This document shows positions 34,180 to 39,376 of a DNA stretch of 39,376 bases, one piece after another. The notes beneath the pieces are model-generated. The model saw only the letters and a list, made by a program, of their open reading frames with translations. It did no database searches and was not told the origin of the DNA. Each line of letters opens with the position of its first letter. Within the stretch, counting starts at the first letter, position 1. This DNA is from a virus. The stretch is from the IMG/VR virus record IMGVR_UViG_3300045988_105434; one strand, written 5' to 3'. Position numbers and translations under genes: made by a program.

Positions 34180-35196
34180 TCAAATCTTTTCGATAGCTTT
34201 ACGTAGTTGCCGTAGATTTTTGTGAGTGTATACTCCGTTAGTCACATCATGTCTAGCATGACCAAGGATCATTTTTCTGGCGTTATCGTTAACATCGACG
34301 GCATCCAGCAGAGTGGCACATGTATGACGAGTATCATGTGGTTTGTATTTCTCCCCGTGAATTAGCTTCATGACACGGCTAAACAGGCGAGAGAGACGAC
34401 TATAGCCGTAGGGATCCCCACTTTCATCACATAGCAGGAAATCACCTTGTAAAGAGTATCGAGCTTCTACGAGAGGCCATATCTTACTGGCGATAGGGAT
34501 GATTCGTTTTCCGGCTTCGGTCTTTGATTTTGTGATGCGGATATACTTCTGCCTACGATTGATGTCAGTTTTTTTGAGATTACGGAGTTCGCAAGTACGC
34601 ATGCCGGTGTAGATGAGTATCAGTACAATATCGACATCTGCTTTATCAACTAGTTTCCAAAGCCGATTGATGGCTTGCTTACTCATGGCTTGATGAGGAT
34701 TGACTGGCTTGTTTTTACCGATTCGGATAAGCCCGGTAAAATCATGAAACGTGTATTCCATTTTGCGAGCGTATGCAAATAGCAGTGATAGCAGGTTGCG
34801 GACCTTTTTCTTGCTGGCATATGATAACCTATTCATTCCATCTATGACGGTTTGTAAATGGCTGTATTTGATGTCGGATACTGGTAAGTCATACAAAAGC
34901 CTGCAGTGCTTATAGGCGCTTTCGTAGCCGTGTATGGTGCTATCAGACACGCTGCTGTATTCGATGTGTTTGGGAAGCCAGCGTGCATATAATTCTGCAA
35001 ATGTTATTTTGTTGTCTGAAAGGCGGTGGAGCCCATGAGATTGATTGTAATCAACTTGATAAGCCATTGCTTCCAACTTAGTAGCAAAGTAACCAATGAC
35101 TTTCTGCTTGCCTTGCTGGGACACAACAAAGCAATACGGCCGCCGCCGTGAACCACTTAATAATTTAATACAACCATATCCATTTGGATTTTTCAT
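34180..35196 (-). CDS. Tyrosine recombinase (phage-integrase family), candidate fibre-tip invertase
   Basis: Catalytic signature GMRTCELRNL (Arg), HDTRHTCATLL (HxxR), LGHARHD and VYTH (Tyr). The N-terminal NGYGCIKLLSGSRRRPYCFVV...IGYFATKLEAMAY is the arm-type/AP2-like domain of Firmicutes phage integrases. Confidence 0.85.
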   Translation of the reverse strand: MKNPNGYGCIKLLSGSRRRPYCFVVSQQGKQKVIGYFATKLEAMAYQVDYNQSHGLHRLSDNKITFAELYARWLPKHIEYSSVSDSTIHGYESAYKHCRLLYDLPVSDIKYSHLQTVIDGMNRLSYASKKKVRNLLSLLFAYARKMEYTFHDFTGLIRIGKNKPVNPHQAMSKQAINRLWKLVDKADVDIVLILIYTGMRTCELRNLKKTDINRRQKYIRITKSKTEAGKRIIPIASKIWPLVEARYSLQGDFLLCDESGDPYGYSRLSRLFSRVMKLIHGEKYKPHDTRHTCATLLDAVDVNDNARKMILGHARHDVTNGVYTHKNLRQLRKAIEKI

Positions 35197-35203
35197 TTTT
35201 TAG

Positions 35204-35227
35204 ACCTCCAATCATATTGATGGAGGT
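35204..35227. promoter_or_regulatory. Hairpin that can sequester the recombinase Shine-Dalgarno
   Basis: ACCTCCA (35204-35210) and TGGAGGT (35221-35227) are perfect inverted repeats with a 10-nt loop. On the minus-strand mRNA the 3' arm contains the GGAGG RBS, 7 nt upstream of the ATG at compl(35194-35196). Confidence 0.45.
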
Positions 35228-35252
35228 TATTTTAATGTAAGGAGATAATGCG

Positions 35253-35678
35253 ATGGTAGTATCTATTGCCAATCCTACTTTGACATATTTGTCTATCTAC
35301 GAAACAACAGGTGAAAGAGTAACCTCTTATGTGACCGGCGCACATGGGGACACTGTGGAAGAATTGCTGGCTAAAGCCAAAGTGGAATATCCAGACAAGG
35401 TCCATGTTGTGCAAGACGCTTTGACCTACAACAAAGCCCTGCAAGGTGATTTGCTGTATAAAAATGGAGCATATCAGGCTAAACCGGAACCAACAGAAGA
35501 AGAGAAGCGAGAAGCCGAACTGGCGGCGCTTGATTCTGAATATGCTAGAAAAATCAGTGATATCGAAACAGGAATGGCGAAAGCAAAAGCCGTAGAAGAT
35601 GAGGACTACTACAATGACCTCAAAGCTGAAAGAGAAGAACTGGTTGCGGAATATACAGAAAAGAGAGGAGCAATTTAA
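35253..35678 (+). CDS. Hypothetical protein (XkdW position; possible fibre-associated/assembly protein)
   Basis: AAGGAG RBS; 141 aa with a helical, acidic C-terminal half. No firm motif. Confidence 0.55.
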   Translation: MVVSIANPTLTYLSIYETTGERVTSYVTGAHGDTVEELLAKAKVEYPDKVHVVQDALTYNKALQGDLLYKNGAYQAKPEPTEEEKREAELAALDSEYARKISDIETGMAKAKAVEDEDYYNDLKAEREELVAEYTEKRGAI

Positions 35679-35816
35679 ATGGAAAGATGTTTCATTTGCC
35701 ATCGCAAGATGGATAACAAGACTGGACTTTGCACTAATGCGAAATGTATCAGATCGAAGCCGCTGACACCCAAAGATGAAACGGAAGAAAAGAAAGATGC
35801 GGAGGATAAAACATGA
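35679..35816 (+). CDS. Small CxxC...CxxxxC protein (45 aa)
   Basis: MERCFICHRKMDNKTGLCTNAKCIRSKPLTPKDETEEKKDAEDKT. Starts right after the previous stop, and its own stop overlaps the holin ATG (ATGA). Confidence 0.4.
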   Translation: MERCFICHRKMDNKTGLCTNAKCIRSKPLTPKDETEEKKDAEDKT

Positions 35817-36319
35817 CTGAAATCTTCATTCAAATTTACAATTCCGCCGATCGTGCGATTTGCAGCATCCCGGACGGCTGGCCCTACAAAATTCTTATGG
35901 GGATCTTACTCATCGCCATGTCGAAGCACATCATGCTTTTTACTGCATTCGCCGTGTTGGTGGCTCTTGACTTGTTCGCCAAATTTATTGCCCTGTCCTA
36001 TCACTGGCTGATTGAGAACAATGTGGAAAAGCCCTCGCTGGTAGATTCCATCCGAGGCATTCCAGCGGCACATCGGGCTCGTATCATCAATAGCCATGAA
36101 ATGAAAACGCAGTTTGCAGGGAAAATCTTTGCTTATATGTTTTTGGTGATTGCTGGCGGTCTAGCCGATATCCTTGTGGGCCATGTCAATTTTGCACAGA
36201 TCGTGATTTCCTACCTGGCATCCACCGAGCTTCTCAGCATCGTGGAGAACCTGGACGATGCTGGTGTGTCTAGGGTCCATAATTTAGCTGCAGTAATTAA
36301 AAAGAGGAGTCCAACATGA
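35813..36319 (+). CDS. Holin (phage_holin_4_1 / TcdE-like)
   Basis: Multiple TM segments and the family-typical ...STELLSIVENLDDAG... C-terminal motif. Lies just upstream of the endolysin. Confidence 0.75.
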   Translation: MTEIFIQIYNSADRAICSIPDGWPYKILMGILLIAMSKHIMLFTAFAVLVALDLFAKFIALSYHWLIENNVEKPSLVDSIRGIPAAHRARIINSHEMKTQFAGKIFAYMFLVIAGGLADILVGHVNFAQIVISYLASTELLSIVENLDDAGVSRVHNLAAVIKKRSPT

Positions 36320-36420
36320 AATTAAAAGAATGGGTCGTTATTTACGTGGCAGTCTTTTTGTTTACCGTAGGGGATTGGATAAAGGGACGTTGGAAAAAGG
36401 AGGATAACGAATGCTGGTAA
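36316..36420 (+). CDS. Small single-TM protein (34 aa) between holin and endolysin
   Basis: MKLKEWVVIYVAVFLFTVGDWIKGRWKKEDNECW. ATGA overlap with the holin stop, and overlaps the endolysin start by 10 nt. Confidence 0.4.
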   Translation: MKLKEWVVIYVAVFLFTVGDWIKGRWKKEDNECW

Positions 36421-36989
36421 CTGATTTAAGTGACTGGAATGATCACATTAACTGGTCTCATCTCATCGCCGCAGGAGTCGGTGGTGCGATTGTGAAGATT
36501 TCCGAGGGCAGAAGCCTGACTCAACTGCACGGAAAACATATCGCCGGTGCGGAGGCTAGGGGATTGCCGTGGGGCGCCTATTGCTACACGCACGCACAAA
36601 CTACCGAGCGAGCAAGAGAAGAAGCAAATCGAGTGATCGAGGCGCTGAATGCATTGGGGTACGGTACACCGCCGTTAGGGATTTGGTTTGATGTGGAAGC
36701 GCCCGAAGTCATTGGGCAGGATAGGGAAGATGTGACCGCCATCTGTAGTGCATTTATTTCAGAATGCAATGCCGCGGGTTATTCTGCCGGAATCTATGCA
36801 AGTCTGTCTACTATCACAGACTGCATGAATCTTGATGATCTAGCTGATTATGTACCCGTATGGATTGCCCAATATGCCGGTGCATGTGATTTCCATGATT
36901 ATTTCCCGAGCAGAATCCTTGCTGGTTGGCAATATACTGATTCTTTTGAAATTGATGGGCGGAAATATGATTTAAGTGAATGGTACTGA
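36411..36989 (+). CDS. GH25 muramidase endolysin, catalytic domain only
   Basis: DLSDWNDHINWSHLIAAGVGGAIVKISEG...WGAYCYTHA...GIWFDVE...WIAQY pattern of GH25. At 192 aa there is no room for a cell-wall-binding domain. Confidence 0.8.
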   Translation: MLVTDLSDWNDHINWSHLIAAGVGGAIVKISEGRSLTQLHGKHIAGAEARGLPWGAYCYTHAQTTERAREEANRVIEALNALGYGTPPLGIWFDVEAPEVIGQDREDVTAICSAFISECNAAGYSAGIYASLSTITDCMNLDDLADYVPVWIAQYAGACDFHDYFPSRILAGWQYTDSFEIDGRKYDLSEWY

Positions 36990-37001
36990 TGAGGTGATAT
37001 T

Positions 37002-37328
37002 GTGCTGAAAGTGATCAACAATGGAATTAGTCTGACAAGAGGAGATACTGCTACTTTCAGACTGCAAATCAAAAATCAAGACGGTACTGACTACGAAATC
37101 ACTCCGGATGATCAGGTGCTTTTTACCGTAAAAAGATCGCCAAATGACGAGGAAATCGTTATCCAAAAAGCGGCTGCTAATAATTGCATCACCATTGTTC
37201 CTAGAGAGACAGATAATCTGGCGTATGGAACATACTACTATGATATCGAATTGCGCCGGCCTGATGGATTTGTCGCGACTGTGATTCCACCACACATACT
37301 GAAACTAACAGAAGAGGTGACTTTCTGA
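37002..37328 (+). CDS. Ig-like (BppU-type) small structural protein
   Basis: LTRGDTATFRLQI...YGTYYYDIEL pattern, which I recall from BppU-type Ig-like domains of phage baseplate proteins. GTG start after GAGGTG. Confidence 0.45.
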   Translation: MLKVINNGISLTRGDTATFRLQIKNQDGTDYEITPDDQVLFTVKRSPNDEEIVIQKAAANNCITIVPRETDNLAYGTYYYDIELRRPDGFVATVIPPHILKLTEEVTF

Positions 37329-37495
37329 TGAGTGATAATGCAACACTTACAGGAGTCCTGTCTGCCGTAGGAGTTTTAACTGGTGTGTTGACTCCGGCTG
37401 ATACTGGCAATTTCGTGGCAGATTACGCAACCGATGCGGAATGCGTGGCTGTCATTGATGATATTTTTGATAATCTACTAAAAGGAGAAGAATAA
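37328..37495 (+). CDS. Small hypothetical protein (55 aa)
   Basis: MSDNATLTGVLSAVGVLTGVLTPADTGNFVADYATDAECVAVIDDIFDNLLKGEE. ATGA coupling to the previous gene; its stop is 1 nt before the next ATG. Confidence 0.4.
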   Translation: MSDNATLTGVLSAVGVLTGVLTPADTGNFVADYATDAECVAVIDDIFDNLLKGEE

Positions 37496-37496
37496 T

Positions 37497-38294
37497 ATGG
37501 CTGCTATTGATAAAATTCTGAGAAAATCCAATTTTGCTGCTGCTATGACCGCTTTGATTGCAAAGCTGAATAGCCTTTTTGTCAGGAAGGAAACCGGGAA
37601 AGGCCTTTCTACCAATGATTATACTTCCGCAGAAAAAGCAAAGCTCGCAGGCGTAGCAGCAGGAGCGAATAACTACGTCCTTCCGGCACCGACAGCAAGC
37701 ACCATCGGTGGTGTCAAGGCGGGCAATAATGTGACTATTTCCGAAGACGGTACGATTTCCGCTATTCAGGGTTACGTGGACCTGTCTCCCTACGCAAAGA
37801 CGGCCGATGTAAATACTGCTTTGGGTAAAAAGGCAGATGTAGCCACCACGCTGAAAGGCTATGGTATCACGGATGCCAAGATCGCGGGCGGTGTCATTAC
37901 ATTGGGTGCTAATACCATTACCCCGCTGACGCAGCATCAGTCGCTTGCTGCCTATGCAAAGAGCGCGGACGTAGATAGTACTTATGCGAAAAAAGCAGAC
38001 ATCACCACAGTCTATAAGTACCGCGGGAGTGTGGACACCTATGCGGATCTCCCCGTTAATGGGAATGCTGTAGGCGATGTATACAACGTCGTGGCGGCGG
38101 ATGCGTCTCACGGAATCAAAGCCGGAGATAATGTAGTTTGGAATGGCAATGCATGGGATAATCTGTCCGGCGTGGTTGACTTGTCTGCTTATATCAAAGC
38201 TGCTGATGCTGATAAGAAATATATGCAGCTTAACAACTTCCCACTGTCGACGGATGAGGAAATTACAGCCATCGTCAACGAAACTATTGTATAA
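37497..38294 (+). CDS. Fibre-like protein (KGLSTNDYT motif, repeated Y-A-K-x-A-D-V units)
   Basis: GKGLSTNDYTSAEKAKLAGV motif common in phage fibre proteins. Internal repeats YAKTADVNTALGKKADV, YAKSADVDSTYAKKADI and YIKAADADKKY. Confidence 0.6.
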   Translation: MAAIDKILRKSNFAAAMTALIAKLNSLFVRKETGKGLSTNDYTSAEKAKLAGVAAGANNYVLPAPTASTIGGVKAGNNVTISEDGTISAIQGYVDLSPYAKTADVNTALGKKADVATTLKGYGITDAKIAGGVITLGANTITPLTQHQSLAAYAKSADVDSTYAKKADITTVYKYRGSVDTYADLPVNGNAVGDVYNVVAADASHGIKAGDNVVWNGNAWDNLSGVVDLSAYIKAADADKKYMQLNNFPLSTDEEITAIVNETIV

Positions 38295-38307
38295 GTGAGG
38301 TGCTAGC

Positions 38308-38634
38308 ATGAGCACTTACAAGGACTCGCTGCTGGGGGCTATCCGGAAACTATGCACGCAGCTGGACAAGAAATTCGCTAAGTCGTCTGATATGGTAAGT
38401 GTCATTGGGCTGCTTTCTGCATATAGGCAGGATATGAATATGTACGTAAAGAAAGCCGACTTATACCCTGTGGGCAGTATCATTATGTCTATCACTAATA
38501 TCGATCCTGCTTCGCTCTACGGGGGTACTTGGGTGTCAGGTGCATATCTCTCGCAATACGGCGGGCAAATTATATTTTCTGAAGGGGCTACTCCTATTAA
38601 CGGAGCGCCTTATGTATATAAGAGGATAAAATAA
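38308..38634 (+). CDS. Short fibre-tip-like protein (YPVGSI..S....P..LYGGTW motif)
   Basis: LYPVGSIIMSITNIDPASLYGGTWVSG resembles the conserved tip motif of many phage tail-fibre C-termini. Confidence 0.5.
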   Translation: MSTYKDSLLGAIRKLCTQLDKKFAKSSDMVSVIGLLSAYRQDMNMYVKKADLYPVGSIIMSITNIDPASLYGGTWVSGAYLSQYGGQIIFSEGATPINGAPYVYKRIK

Positions 38635-38645
38635 AGGAGGGCGTA

Positions 38646-39053
38646 ATGTGGACCACAAAAAGATTATGTATCTGCTTGCTGGCGTGTTCCTTGTGGCTGG
38701 CGGCTGGTTCTGGTACGCAGGCCGAGGAGATGTATCAGATATCGGAAAGCGAGCTGACACAGTTAGAAACGAACTTGAATCAGCTCGCGAAGAACAACGA
38801 GACCAAGCAGCAGCTCTTGACCGAGCAGAAAACGCAGCTGTCAGAAGCCAATCAGCAATTAGAGACAGTGAAGAAAGAGCTGATCGCGTCCAAGAGCTTG
38901 AACGAAGCGACGCAGAAATCATTAGAGAGAGCCAATCAATCCTTGAAGCAGTTCGAGGACGAGGCAAAAAGGAAAATTAGAGTAAAGACCCGCCAGCGCA
39001 ATTTGTGGATCGCGATCTCTGGCGGGCTTTTGTATGCATGGATTAAGAAGTAG
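38646..39053 (+). CDS. Secreted/lipoprotein-like coiled-coil protein with a C-terminal hydrophobic anchor (frame A; u-spanin-like architecture)
   Basis: ATG lies 5 nt after AAGGAGG. MWTTKRLCICLLAC-SLWLAAGSGTQA-EE looks like a signal peptide with an imperfect lipobox LLAC. It is followed by a Q/E/K/L heptad region and a C-terminal LWIAISGGLLYAWIKK. Codons are mostly CAG/CTG/GAG, as in the rest of the genome. Confidence 0.5.
   Translation: MWTTKRLCICLLACSLWLAAGSGTQAEEMYQISESELTQLETNLNQLAKNNETKQQLLTEQKTQLSEANQQLETVKKELIASKSLNEATQKSLERANQSLKQFEDEAKRKIRVKTRQRNLWIAISGGLLYAWIKK
38648..38980 (+). CDS. Alternative +2-frame ORF: N-terminal TM plus charged helical domain (frame B; i-spanin-like architecture)
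   Basis: GTG lies 7 nt after the same AAGGAGG. MDHKKIMYLLAGVFLVAGGWFWYAG is followed by an R/E/D/A-rich helix. The ORF ends just before the hairpin at 38989-39026. It uses CGA/CAA codons, which I judged atypical here. Confidence 0.35.
   Translation: MDHKKIMYLLAGVFLVAGGWFWYAGRGDVSDIGKRADTVRNELESAREEQRDQAAALDRAENAAVRSQSAIRDSEERADRVQELERSDAEIIRESQSILEAVRGRGKKEN
38989..39033 (+). terminator. Hairpin with a weak U-tract after frame B (inside frame A)
   Basis: cccgccag / ctggcggg, an 8-bp GC stem with a 22-nt loop, then cttttgt. Confidence 0.35.
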
Positions 39054-39068
39054 GATGGCAATAAAAAG

Positions 39069-39114
39069 GACGTCTTGATTTGGCACATTGCTAAATCAAG
39101 ACGTCTTTTTTTTT
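39069..39114 (+). terminator. Strong (bidirectional-looking) rho-independent terminator ending the late operon
   Basis: 13-bp perfect stem gacgtcttgattt / aaatcaagacgtc, 11-nt loop, T9. An A-rich run lies upstream. Confidence 0.8.
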
Positions 39115-39173
39115 ATTTGGCTAAAATGAATAGAAATGCGATAAAATCTGACTTTCTGACGATTTGATAAAAT

Positions 39174-39202
39174 TTCACCAATAATATTCAATATGATATA
39201 AT
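39174..39202 (+). promoter_or_regulatory. Promoter-like element facing the 3' end of int (antisense)
   Basis: TTCACC, 17-nt spacer, TGaTATAAT (39194-39202). TGATATAA is tandemly duplicated at 39194-39201 and 39203-39210. Confidence 0.3.
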
Positions 39203-39245
39203 TGATATAAGCAGGCACAGGGATTCAGACTAGGCGGGTTTTGTT

Positions 39246-39376
39246 TTATACAGCCGTGCGAATGCAGAAGTAGGATTCATAAAACTGGAGCTTATTTAAT
39301 TCGTATGGGGGCAAGATACGTCCACCATTTGTACATTTGTACGAACAGCTCTCTATTCTTACAGGGTTCGTGAGAA
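39246..39376 (-). CDS. 3' end of the same serine recombinase gene (39322-39376 duplicates 1-55)
   Basis: Reading the minus strand in phase across the junction gives ...SYKCTNGGRILPPYELNKLQFYESYFCIRTAV, with the TAA stop at compl(39246-39248). Confidence 0.8.
   Translation of the reverse strand, partial: LTNPVRIESCSYKCTNGGRILPPYELNKLQFYESYFCIRTAV
39322..39376. repeat. Terminal direct repeat copy 2 (identical to 1-55)
   Basis: Exact 55/55 match to the window start. Confidence 0.9.

Noticed and set aside
38536-38967. 143-aa minus-strand ORF opposite the spanin-like locus
   Set aside because: It is Ser/Arg/Ala-rich low complexity produced by the CAG/GAG-rich plus strand, and it has no RBS.
1-39376. 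tRNA genes, CRISPR arrays, IS elements or transposases
   Set aside because: Reading through the intergenic regions by eye, I found no cloverleaf-type T-arm signatures, no regularly spaced repeat-spacer arrays, and no transposase-like ORFs or terminal inverted repeats. A tRNA scan should still be run.

Overview
The window is a complete, circularly closed temperate phage genome. It has 39,321 unique bp; nt 1-55 recur exactly at 39322-39376, which looks like an assembly overlap, and the cut falls inside a large serine recombinase gene that the ORF track therefore misses.

Gene order:
- Leftward lysogeny module: serine integrase, ImmA-like metalloprotease, XRE repressor.
- Divergent promoters with TTTCG..TCG operators.
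- Rightward early genes: Cro-like HTH, small ORFs, a PEEPK-repeat protein, and a replication module (DUF2800 nuclease, DUF2815 SSB-like, family A DNA polymerase, PcfJ-like, VirE primase/helicase, iteron-rich putative origin, VRR-NUC, SNF2).
- DUF1492-type late regulator with a promoter/terminator leader.
- Head genes: terS, terL, SPP1-like portal, scaffold and gp13-like capsid, then a MuF (gp7-like) protein with a C-terminal HExxH domain plus a small downstream ORF.
- Connectors and a PBSX-like (XkdK to XkdU) contractile tail and baseplate.
- Tail fibre, holin and GH25 endolysin, a second fibre-like cluster, and a membrane/coiled-coil gene.

The most interesting locus is 33369-35196. The tail-fibre gene is followed by two start-less, inverted, in-frame alternative C-terminal cassettes. 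Each begins at an inverted copy of a CCAAGGGGGA core, and they sit next to a tyrosine recombinase. This is a shufflon-like receptor-binding-tip switch that does not use the Gin/Cin-type serine invertase known from phages.

Other leads:
- a dual-frame spanin-like locus;
- a candidate MuF-metalloprotease toxin/immunity pair;
- a candidate antisense sRNA between immA and int;
- a lambda PR'-tR'-like late leader;
- a canonical -1 frameshift site in the tail chaperone.

All functional calls come from reading motifs by eye. No database search was run.
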